From Eledone cirrhosa (taxonomy: Eukaryota), in assembly GCA_964016885.1 (NCBI GenBank), contig OZ024744.1, forward strand, positions 40,610,001 through 40,674,000: a DNA stretch of 64,000 bases. Direction: 5' to 3'. The number at the start of each line of letters is the position of its first letter. Within the stretch, counting starts at the first letter, position 1. The position numbers were made by a program, and so were the translations under genes. The notes under the pieces are model-generated. The model was not told the DNA's origin. It did no database searches and was given only the letters and a program-made list of their open reading frames with translations. Below, piece after piece: positions 1 through 10,264 of this stretch.

Positions 1-1270
1 ACCTCTGTACATGGTTTTCACTGCTCTTATAAACCACTCACCTATACCCAGTTTCCTTAAAGACCACAAGATAACAGATAATGGTACTCTGCCAAAGGCC
101 ATCTCCAGATCAGCAATACTAGATACAGTGGCTTACACTTAGCTAAGAACTTCTCTTGTCTCACTAAGAAGAGAGCATCTGTGGTGTTCCTGCCCGATTC
201 AAAAGTAAACTGCATATGATCTAATTTGACTACTTCCTTTATTAGTTGTACTAACACCATGTTATTTTCATTACTTGATATATTAGTTTTATGCCCTTGT
301 TGTAACTCCTTCTAAAGAGTATCACATTTCTCTTGATACATCAACAAATAGTTGATGATTGTACTGATATATAAGTCACTGGGTGTGACACCAACATAAT
401 TACCTGATTGATTATGTGGAGGGACAGCTTCTTTACTATTTTTCAATTCCCTGATTACTTCTTTTATTTATCAACTTCAATAGCCACCACCTCTATTGTG
501 TATACTGGGTGTGGGATGGGTAGTATCTTTTCCTTCTAGCCATTTTCCATTTTCATCAATCTCTCGTAATAGCATTCCCAGGCTTCTTTCTTCTTAGCAT
601 CAGTGAGGCTAAGTACACCAGTGTCATCGCAAATGGACTTCTTCCCAATGACATTACACTTCACACTGAAATATTGCAATACAGAATACCTCACATCATT
701 GATTATGTTGCAGCACATTAGCAAACCTCTTGTTTTCTGCCTCTCTATGTGCTATGTAAATCTGTTGTCTAGCCTATCTTTTAGCTACTAAGGCTCTTTG
801 TTGCCCCATTTATCCAGTTTTTCCATGTCTGTTTCTTAGCCTCTATCTACAGTACTGTTCCACCAACAAGTCATTTTTTGTCAGGCTGGTACCTTGCTCC
901 AGCCACTATTCTCATCAGCAGATTATCCCATAGAAATTTCCAGTTGTCTACTATGTCATACATATTTATCTCCTCTCTCCTTTCTTTGTTCACGCTATGT
1001 AGAGCTTTTTCAAATCTATATTTAACAGAAAATTCTTTTAGCTTTCATATCCCCCTTCTACAAATTATCCTACATTTATGATTTTCTCTGATACTTATTC
1101 TGATGTCACAAATGAATAATTTATATTGGATGATGCATTCTTTTCCAGGAAAAAACTTAGTATTCACAATAATCTATCTACCCTGTTTTCTGACAGACAT
1201 GAAGTCAATATGACTTGCACGTACACCTGATTGGTAGATGATCAAATAGTTAACCAGTTTCCTACAAGGA
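1..1270 (-). mobile_element. Decayed RTE-clade LINE fragment (end of APE endonuclease to start of RT)
   Basis: ORF pieces LDHMQFTFESGRNTTDALFLVRQEKFLAKCKPLYL (57-260) and ICDDTGVLSLTDAKKKEAWECYYERLM (536-724) align by eye with LDEMQFGFVSGKSTTDALFLVRQLQEKYLAKCKPLYL and HNDYGVLAITDADKKVAWKCHYERLL of the RTE at 44.5-48.1 kb; many stops and frameshifts. Confidence 0.85.
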
Positions 1271-1675
1271 GGTACACACTGTGGCTAATGCACCTATGTA
1301 CCTGTAGAATTACTATGATCACTGTGACTTGTCATTCTGTAGAATTTGAAACATTTTCAAAGCATAACTGAAACAGTTTTTTTCTAGAATAACCTGGGTT
1401 TGTCTCTCATAACAGCTGTGAAACAAAGTTTATTGTTTTGGGACTTTTAAACAGTTTTATTCATGTTTACATTCAACTCATGATGACTAAGAGCCATAGA
1501 GATAATACTGCCACCCCCACAAGTAACTCAATTGAATGCAAGAGCACAAACAGCAAACAAACATAAAAAAGTATATAAATCTAATTACACAGAACATAAA
1601 CATTTCAGAGGGAGAAAAATAATGATGTTTTCACAGAAAACAGTCATATTTGCTCCAACATTCACAGTGATCAGG

Positions 1676-1810
1676 CAACAACTACAACAACAATAACAGC
1701 TGCAGCAGCAACAACAACAACGGTGCCGATGACAACAACAACAACAACGGTGCTGATGATGACAACCACAACAACAACAACAATAATGAAAGCAGCAGCA
1801 ACAACAACAA
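1676..1810. repeat. Imperfect (CAA/CAG)n microsatellite
   Basis: Visible trinucleotide run; explains the poly-Cys ORF 1585-1827. Confidence 0.9.
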
Positions 1811-2014
1811 AATTGACACCCACACACATTTTGCCAAATGAAAATAATTCTGAATTTTTTTTTTTTATTTCAGCATCAAAAATGATAATCTAGCTTTCAT
1901 GTTGATTCTTGATTTTCAGTTTTATGCAGAATATTAATGAATGTTAAAGATATGTGGTAATTATGCGGGGGTTTCAATATTCATATGATGAAACTGATGA
2001 GCCCTGAAGTTTAA

Positions 2015-2219
2015 CCCATTAGCATTTACATTACCCTATATATACTATTGTATTTTCACAGTAAAGGCTTTATCTCACACAATATCGAATCTATGAGATT
2101 TTGATATTTATTTTGAGAACAATACTTTAACATCAGTGTGAGTAGCCAGTTACGGGCAGTTTGAATAGAATGACGTGAGAGAATTCTGGCTGGATAGTGT
2201 CGGTTTAAATGCTAAAGGG
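2015..2219. mobile_element. TTAA-flanked MITE (piggyBac-like ends)
   Basis: TTAA|CCCATTAGCATTTA ... TAAATGCTAAAGGG|TTAA terminal inverted repeats; related copy in opposite orientation at ~3936-4201. Confidence 0.75.
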
Positions 2220-2329
2220 TTAAGAAGCAATTCTGAGTCATGCCCCCCCCTCCCCCCCATTGCAAAAAAGGGGTGGTGGTGTGGGAAAGGAAGTTCAGCT
2301 GTTACACATGTGCCACTAAGGGTTTTTAA

Positions 2330-2749
2330 CCTTTTCACACCAAACAACCTGAAACTGCCTTTGATTCTGTGATTCTAAACTCTATATTCTAAAGTGTTTA
2401 AATTTATTTTAAAACCTTCTATTATAATTATATATAGGAAATTAAGATGGTATGGACACATGACAATATCTTCAGAGCTTGCCAAGACTGTCCTACAGGG
2501 AACAGTACATGGAGAGAGGAAGAGACAGAGATGGGAGGAGAGGAAGGAGCTAGTTGCTAGGTCATCTGTGACCATCCAATGGTCCACCAGACTATAGGAT
2601 AGATGAGATGAGAGATAAGAGATATAGGAAACTTTGTTATATTCCAAACAGCTGTTTAATAATAAGAAAGTTAATTATGTTACTAAATCTCTCCAGATCT
2701 TTGAAAATCACTGGCAGCATGTTTCATTAAAAATATGTTAACAAAAGGG
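2330..2749. mobile_element. Second TTAA MITE family with a nested RTE 3' fragment
   Basis: TTAA|CCTTTT ... AAAAGGG|TTAA; internal sequence related to 3111-3644, 35770-, 36824-37065 and 39705-. Confidence 0.6.
2432..2620 (+). mobile_element. RTE-clade LINE C-terminal/3' tail fragment
   Basis: RKLRWYGHMTISSELAKTVLQGTVHGERKRQRW motif typical of the RTE ORF C-terminus, followed by a GATGA-type tail. Confidence 0.7.
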
Positions 2750-3110
2750 TTAAACTAGAGAAGCTGAATGGAAAGGAACAAAAACAAACAGCAATAATAG
2801 ACCACAAGGCTGCTCTTTTCAAGACACCATTACTCAAATTTCTGGAAACATCAGAGTTCACCCATGTTCATTCTAAAGAGCCAACTGGGAAATTGAGGAC
2901 CAAGTAACCAAGCCTTACACTCCCAGTAGTTCCATTCCATCATCTTGTAATGGTGGGGATAAAATAGAGCCTGGAGAAAGATGGCTGTCAAGGGTGGTTA
3001 GAAAAACCTCTGCCCTCGAACAAAAGAAAAATAATAATAATAGGAACCCCAAAAGATGATGTGTAAGACCTATACATTTTATGGCAGTCAGAAAGAGCAA
3101 CTTTATCTAA

Positions 3111-3644
3111 CCCTTTCAAGAACATATTTCTAATACAGTCTATTTCAAGTAATTATTGAAAAACAAATTTGGGGGATTTACTAAAACTATTTATTATATC
3201 ATTACTAAATTCCCTAGAGTTATGGCCTTTTATGATCTGAGTTCAAATCCTGCCGAGGTTAGCTTTGCCTTTCATCCTTACGGGGTTGATAAAATAAAGT
3301 ACCAGTAACATACTCATACTAGGGTCAATTTAATCGACTTTCCTCTTTCCAAAATTGCTGGCCTTGTGCCTAAATCAGAAACCATTATTTCATTACCAAA
3401 TTAATAACTTAACATAAGGTTCTTATACAAATAAAATTATGTTTGAAAATATTAATGTAAATAGGTTTCAGAAACGGATGCAAAACATCACCTCAAAAAG
3501 TTCCGTCCAACCTATGCCAGCTTGGAAAAGTTGAAATAAGAATGACGACACCACCACTGATGAGGAGGAGGAGGAACCTTTTAAAATGGATGATTTTGTT
3601 TCAGAAAACCACAGCTGATTTCAGGTGATTCAGATATGAAAAGG
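3111..3644. mobile_element. TTAA MITE copy with nested SINE; right end locally duplicated (~58 bp x2, 3618-3740)
   Basis: CTAA|CCCTTTC ... GAAAAGG|TTAA; the segment TTTCAGGTGATTCAGATATGAAAAGG.TAATGAATTCAATATATAA repeats in tandem. Confidence 0.55.
3215..3390 (+). mobile_element. tRNA-derived SINE (family 1), 5'-truncated
   Basis: B-box GAGTTCAAATCC followed by the body CTTTGCCTTTCATCCTTACGGGGTTGATAAAATAAAGTACCAGT shared by more than 15 copies in the window. Confidence 0.85.
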
Positions 3645-3935
3645 TTAATGAATTCAATATATAAGGTGAGTTAATGTTTCAGGTGATTCAGATATGAAAA
3701 GGGTAATGAATTCAATATATAATTTGAGTTAATGTTTCAGTTAATGTCGAGCCTTGCAGGATATTGGTCGTGAAGTTGCCTTTCTCTTTTCTTTAATATA
3801 TTTTACTTCAGTATATTTCCTTTTTCTTTCATATATTTTAATTTTGTCTTAGATTTTTCAACATTTTCAAATATTTTGCCCTCTTCCTAATCTGTTATTT
3901 CAGAGTGGTTAGTTTCCATTTTATTGCTTCCTTAC

Positions 3936-4201
3936 CTCTTTAGCATTTAAACTGGCTGTATCCGGCCAGAACTCTCTCACTTCTTTTTGGCCGCTCATAC
4001 CTACATTAAAGTATTCTTCTCAAAATAAATGACATCAAAATCTCATAGATTTGATATTATGTGGGATAATTATGTGAGGTAAAGCCTTTACTGTGAAAAT
4101 ACAATAGTAAATTTTATGTCCGCTTTTCCCTGCTTGCAAGGGTGGGGCGGGAACTGATTCTGGTATGATTTCTACAGCTGGATGCCCTAAATGCTAAAGG
4201 G
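3936..4201. mobile_element. TTAA MITE (inverse copy of 2015-2219) with an RTE-tail SINE fragment inside (~4115-4188)
   Basis: CTCTTTAGCATTTAAAC ... TAAATGCTAAAGGG; internal sequence is the reverse complement of 2015-2219. Confidence 0.65.
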
Positions 4202-4251
4202 TTACAGAAAAGTATTTTTCCAGTCCTACTGTCATTACTTTGTAACATTAT

Positions 4252-4660
4252 TGTGGATTGGCAGTATTGGTAGAGGGTCAGACACTATGCTTTACATTCT
4301 GAGTTCAGATCTCACTGAGGTTAGCTTTACCTTTCATCCTTACAGGGTTGATAAAATAAATTACCAGTAATGCACTGGGGTCAATTTAATTGACTTTCCC
4401 TTTCCCAAAAATTTGTTGGCCTTGTGCCTAAATCAGATACCATTATTATTATTAGTAAGGCGGTAGATTGGCAGTATCGGCAGAGAGTCGGACGCCATAC
4501 TTTCCAGCATAGAGATACGTCCCTTTACGATCTGAGTTCAAATCCTGCTGAGGTTGACTTTGCCTTTCATCCTTACGGGGTCGATAAAATAAAGTACCAG
4601 TAATGCACTGGGTAATTGCTGGCCTTGTGCCTAAAGTAGAAACAATTATTATTATTATTA
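4252..4660 (+). mobile_element. Two tandem family-1 SINE copies (4252-4450, 4459-4660)
   Basis: A-box-like TGGCAGTATCGG, B-box GAGTTCAAATCC, conserved body, (ATT)n tail. Confidence 0.9.
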
Positions 4661-4986
4661 GAAATCATCATCATCATCATCGTCATAGACATCATCATTA
4701 TTATTATTATTATTATTATTGAAGCATAAGCCATGCATAATATTGGCTCTAGTTTTTTTCAAGGTATTTTATATTTTTTTACCTTCTCTAGGCTTTTATT
4801 TAAGTTTTAAACTTAATAAAAATTTAGATAAGTCTGCCTGCTTTTTGAAAGGTACCCCCTGTGGGGGCTGTCAAATTTGGTTCTTTGATTCTATAAAACA
4901 CTCATGGAGCCATCACAACTCTGTTTATATATATAGAGAGACAAGCAGAAAGCAGTTTGAAAATTGGCTGTCTACAAGCAACTGAT

Positions 4987-7790
4987 ATGGAAAATAAACA
5001 AAATAAAAATACGATTTATATGGTAAAAAACGAACAACAGAACATTTTTGTCAATGGCAAAAACAACAGCAATAACAACAACAACAACAACAACAATAGC
5101 AACAAACATAGCAACAGAAAAACAAACAACAACACTAGCTCCAACAACGACATGAATAACAACAGCACCAACAGCAATAGTAACAATGAAACAAGTGAAG
5201 AAAACAGCAGCAACAACAACAACAGCAACATGAATAACAAAAACTCTTTCGCTGTTGCTGCAGCAAGAAGAATAGGCCATGTTTTAGCATGAGCCTTAGT
5301 GAAAAAGATAAAATGTTGGACCAGGCATGGAAGTTCATTAAACGTGAGCAAACCTGGGCCAAATTAACTGACCCAGTAGAGGAAATAGAAGCTGTTGGAA
5401 GGTGGAGAATTATTTTCAGGTGCATTTCGGTGCAAACTTACAAAGGGGAAATAACTCTGCAAGCAGAGGTAGAGGTTGTGCTGTAATGCATCAGACAAGA
5501 CACTGAGTACATAGCGAGGGGCAGACAATATGACCCCATCTCGGTGCTGTTTAAGTCAGAAGCCCTCGCTATGAAACACTAATTCCCCCCACTCCCCTCA
5601 AAACCAGTAAAGTTATCACGAACACCTCGCATATGGGAAAGAGAACGGTTCAAGTCCGCATTTCCAAGACTTGTGTGACTCCCGGGATACATGACTAAGG
5701 AGGGGACGGTTGCCGTCCCGATTGAGGCTACAAGAACAACCAGGAAGGATTAGTCCAGGGATGATTTGAAAATCATTCCCCAAATCAAATCAGAGGACTC
5801 CCCCAAAAAACAATTTCAATCACCTCCGTCTCTAATGATGATCACTGAGGGCAAGGAAGTCGCCCAAACAAGTTCTCCCTCTTCCCGTCTTTCAAACACA
5901 CACACACACACAAACCAACACTCACACACCCATTAACATACTCCCATTCATCTTTGACACTGAGTCCCTAGATACTAGTTTCTACTCATCGCAGATGAGA
6001 ATCCCAAAACCTAAAAAACAAACAAAAACAAAAAAGAAAAGTATCTTTTTACACACATCTACAAACTCACAAAACATACCCACAGCAAACACAGGCACAC
6101 TTACAACAACACCAACACCACAACCATCAACAAAAATACAACCATCACCAATAACACTGACACAACTGCAAGAAAATAACATGTACAACCACAAACAAAA
6201 AGAGAAACTCGCAACTTTGTGTTGCTGAGAAAGAGCAACAAAGAACTAATAGCTCTCATAACACGAAGCCAAGACATTGAGAAAGAGGGGAGGATTTTCA
6301 GCACCTGCATTTTTAAGGTGCCCGAAACACTTTTGATGGTGCGGATGCCACTAGAAATGTACAAGAACAATAGGGAGAAATCCCCTACAACATGGGGACC
6401 CATTGAGTAGACTTAAAAGAGTTCTAAAGGAACACCACCAACCAGAAATGGAGGCTGAATCACCCAACCTTCATAAGCCTCGAGAGGTAAACCTTTCTTC
6501 TCTTGCTTAACCAGCCTACATGGCCATCATAACAGTACAATTTTATAATGTTCATGGCCTGAGGTTGCCCTGGAAGCTGGGTCCCTTGCTGAATGATCTT
6601 AGTTTACTAGATATGGTTGTCACTGCCATCAGTGAGACCAGGATTTCTCCCACATGTGTACTAGTCCCCATTTTCCACTGATTGCTTTGCCCGCTTATCA
6701 CTTCCACAAAAAGTGGAAAAGTAGACGTTCCATCATATCCCTAAGTTGTGCAGCGAGTGGCAATGCTGTTTAGAAAGACTGGAGCCTTGTGGTAAGTACA
6801 ATTTTCCTGGACCAAGTACCTGATCAGCCAATTCCAAGTGTCCGACAAGTACAAGGTAGATTTCCCTAATGCGTAATTGTGGACATGGACCAACCACATA
6901 GAGTCACCTAGATCATAAATAGATACATTTTTTTAATTAGGATAAGGATAGCATAGAGTTGTCCATATTTCCAAATGCTTGCTTATTCAAATCAAATTTG
7001 TGATCTGCATGACTAACCTAGATAGGGACCTGGTTACTGGAAGCTTAACATATCATTCCCAGCATGTAGAACTTACATGTATGGATGTGGTCGGGATTAC
7101 ACAAGTTTGTGCCTCCCCTACCAAACCTTCAACGACATGTGCCAACCTCTCTACAACACCTTGGCCAAAATCTTACTCTTCTAATTACCTCATCTAGTTT
7201 AGTTACCAGCTCCCCTCTTTTCTATTCCTTTCTAATACAACTTCTTTACTAAAACCTATTGACATTACTCTAATCTCTCTTTTGAGAGCACCCCACCCTG
7301 TCAACTTACACTTTACTAAAGTGGTGACTTGGTCCCTGTAAGTTCTACATGCTGGGAATGATATGTTAAGCTTCCAGTAACCAGGTCCCTATCTAGGTCA
7401 GTCATGCAGATCACAAATTTGATTTGAATAAGCAAGCATTTGGAAATATGGACAACTTATACTGTCCATCTGCTGTTAACCCACTAAGTAGAGGCTACAA
7501 CATCTCAGATCACATCCGTCTACAATGATGATCACTGGGGGCAAAACCACCCCCGTTCTCCTGTTGCAGTCAGGGGTCAAGTGGAGAGGGAAGGGAATTG
7601 GAATTCTTCAAGCACTCACAGCCCTCAGCAAACCAAACAGTATGATCTGTGGAAACTCCAGCTTAGCGTTCTATAGAGGGTTAGAGGTCAATGAGAGTGA
7701 CGATGTTCTTGGGGAAATTCTTGGTGTCGATGAAAATCAACTAGCCCCTCTTTTGGGGGTGACTTTTTGGTCCAGTGCCCTTAAACAATT
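4987..7790 (+). mobile_element. Decayed Tx1/L1-clade LINE (ORF1 + rearranged ORF2), copy A; same in B at ~10345-13125
   Basis: Asn-rich ORF1 start with SFAVAAA; ORF2 start MAIITVQFYNVHGL...AISETR (APE) at ~6519; WTWTN..RS.ID; PGYWKLN motif characteristic of L1/Tx1 ORF2. Confidence 0.75.
6957..7457. repeat. Fold-back inverted duplication (121-bp arms 6957-7077 / 7337-7457); repeated in B at +5337
   Basis: GTCCATATTTCCAAATGC...GTAGAACTTACA reappears as its reverse complement; the spacer is the inverted counterpart of copy C ~17775-17989. Confidence 0.93.
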
Positions 7791-8245
7791 TCCAGAAATC
7801 ACTAGCCTAGCTGTGCTACTGGGAAGCTTTTTATCTTTAATATTTAAAATATATGAAACTTGAAGGCCACATTCCAGGAGAGGCAGAAATGCTGGGATTG
7901 ATGCATTGCTGGGCAAGGGAACTATTTCAAAGGAGGAGGCATGTTTTGACTTACCCTTATAATTTCTCAACACATGTAGATACAAATTTATAAAAGAAAA
8001 TCTTTAAATTTTCTGAATTGGCATTTTTGTTTAAGTTTCTGGTTGGAACCTCCAGGTTTTCTGCACTGAAAGAGCCTGGTTAAGAGTCTATACGGTTACG
8101 TGACACAGCCCAGACACCTTGTAACTATGTTATGACACCAACCAGCATGTTACAGAGGGTGTTTAAAGACTCAAAGGTTCATAAAACCGACTACCCATAT
8201 TTTACGATATTTCTCAATTTACTCCCACCTTGATTGTATTTTACA

Positions 8246-8546
8246 TGTGTGTGTACACCAAGTCAGTGTAGTAGTCTGTAACAATCTTGGTAAGCAATAG
8301 TACTCATGTGGTGGGATCTCTATAGATATAGTAGGGAAATATTCTAGTTCAAAAAGAGTATGAGAATCAAACAATTAAATATATTACCTCCCTTTGCTTC
8401 TATTAAAAAAAAAGGCAAAAAAAACCCATCAAGGAGAATCCTCCTACTCTTTTTGAACTACTATATCTATGGAGATCCCACCACATGAGTACTATTGCTT
8501 GCCAAGATTGTTACAGACTGCTACACTGACTTGGTGTACACACACA
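8246..8546. repeat. Long hairpin (~100-bp arms, ~84-nt loop); also at ~13583-13883, 20173-20473, 27531-27831
   Basis: TGTGTGTGTACACCAAGTCAGTGTAG...GATATAGTAG and TAGTTCAAAAAGAGTA pair with 8445-8546; three mismatches in A. Confidence 0.95.
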
Positions 8547-8989
8547 AGTGTGTGTGTATAATATATATATATAAACACACACACACACACGTATGTATAT
8601 ACTTGCATGTGTGTGAAATCAAATGTCTATCTATCACAGTTAGTGATATATACCTCTATGCTATGCTGATTATAGATAAAGAAATCTATAGATCCAGTGT
8701 TGGTGTCTGCTGCTGAAGCATTGAAGATATGAAGACAAAGCCAAACTGTGCCTCGTATTTATAAGAAAAATCAGAAAATTATGATGTCATAATAGGGATA
8801 TACCAACATTTTCAAAAATGTAAATCAAACATTTACTAAATATATTACCTCCCTTTAATTGTTTCTATAAAAAAAAAAAAAACCCATCAAAATTGAAATC
8901 TAAAACTATTTTCTAAATTTTACAAAATATCTTTCTTTTTCATAATGATACTCATATTTAAACAAAGTTACTTCAAATTCACATGGAGT

Positions 8990-9390
8990 CAGTCCACCTT
9001 GTGGTCCCTGCCAACAGGATGGAAAAGACATTGCCCTAGAGGATAGTTAGGGAGACATGCTGGAACAACAATTCCACCTTGCACCTGTGGGCAGCCAACT
9101 CTACTCTGATAGCATTGAGTGAGTAGGAATGTGGCCCAGGGGCAAAGAACACCAGAAGTTTCCAGTAGACTGGTAATGAATGCATCAGGTTGTCTCTAGA
9201 AAAGCTGTCACAATATATAGCATCCTAGATGAGGGAAGATTATGTTGTTTGGTCTTTTAACATCCCCTCAGTCGAGCCCTATATAATCCACAATGGATTC
9301 ACAGCGGCATTTGTGAGGCTCAGATCCAGAAGCCAACCCTCAGGGAAACACTGATCTGCAAGCAATTGCTGTCCAGCTGAGTTCCAGTCA
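8990..9390 (-). mobile_element. CRE-clade-like non-LTR retrotransposon C-terminal (Zn knuckle + restriction-like endonuclease) fragment; also ~14329-14729, 20910-21310, 28268-28668
   Basis: Minus-strand translation across frameshifts gives ISVSLRVG..EPHKCRCESIVD, KRPNNI (KRPD motif), ETSGVL and LFQHVSLTIL*GNVFSIL (cf. LFQRISVAIQRGNA of CRE-type RLE domains). Confidence 0.7.
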
Positions 9391-9414
9391 AAAGTGATAG
9401 TATTATTTTAAACC

Positions 9415-9607
9415 AGGTGGTGGATTGGTAGTATCGGTAGAGGATCGGACGTCATGCTTTGACGCATAGAGTTACGGCCCTTTCCATTCTGAGTTCAAAT
9501 CCCGCCGAGATCAACTTTGCTTTTCATCCTTACGGGGTCGATAAAATAAAGTACCAGTAATGTAATGGGTAATTGCTGGCTTTGTGCCAAAATAGAAACA
9601 ATTATTT
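9415..9607 (+). mobile_element. Family-1 SINE within the array unit; also 14754-14946, 21338-21530, 28696-28888
   Basis: Full A/B-box head and conserved body. Confidence 0.9.
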
Positions 9608-10264
9608 TAAACAAGGCACCACTGTGGTGTTGTGAAGCCAAGCAAAAACATGCTGGACAGTGATGGTTGAGCTGACACACTAGCCTGTTAGAGGTCATGT
9701 TGCACTGAAATCATTGAATATATTAAATTTACACTTATTTACTATATTAAAAAGATTTCTTTATACACAAAACAAAACTAATTAGAATAAAGATTATTTC
9801 TTTTGAGAGCTAGAGTTACATAGAAAAGGGATTGCTTGAGGAAGATGTAAACTGTGGAAGAGGGACACTCAGGAAAACATGAGTCCAAATTGTGAAGAGT
9901 TACCTCACAAAATTGAACAACATGTTTCCAATAGTCTAAAACATAGTTACTGTGGAGCATCACCAGCAAACTTATAAAGACGAACTCTAATTAGATATTC
10001 TGTTAACTGCGACCATTGACTGTAATTAATAATTAACTGTGCAGCAGAAAAGTTGCCCAGAATACCTGGTAATATGATCTGAACTCTTACTTTATTTTTA
10101 AGCTGAAGTGCGTTATTTAGAACTAAATGTCTGCTGTAGGTATGGGTTGCTTGTCTGATACTTCATTTATGATAACTTTTTTGGAATGTAAGAGCCAGGT
10201 GATGTCTCTCTCTCAGACTTACCAAGTCTCTGACTATGACAACCAGTCCAACCAATGGCAGAAC

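Larger units (their letters stand above)
4742..10264 (+). repeat. Tandem segmental array, copy A
   Basis: Identical ORFs recur with offset 5337-5339 (5982->11319, 7525->12862, 9495->14834); unit start ATTGGCTCTAGTTTTT. Confidence 0.95.

Noticed and set aside
1585-1827. Cys/His-rich 80-aa ORF
   Set aside because: Antisense translation of a (CAA)n microsatellite
3625-3665. Apparent 41-nt exon (TTTCAG|...AAG|GTGAGT) in a 58-bp tandem duplication
   Set aside because: It overlaps the duplicated right end of a TTAA MITE, has a weak pyrimidine tract and no partner exons
4957-5425. Asn-rich, Leu/Val-rich and Cys-rich ORFs (also 10323-10762, 15662-16101)
   Set aside because: These are reading frames of an (AAC)n tract in decayed LINE ORF1, not membrane or metallothionein-like proteins
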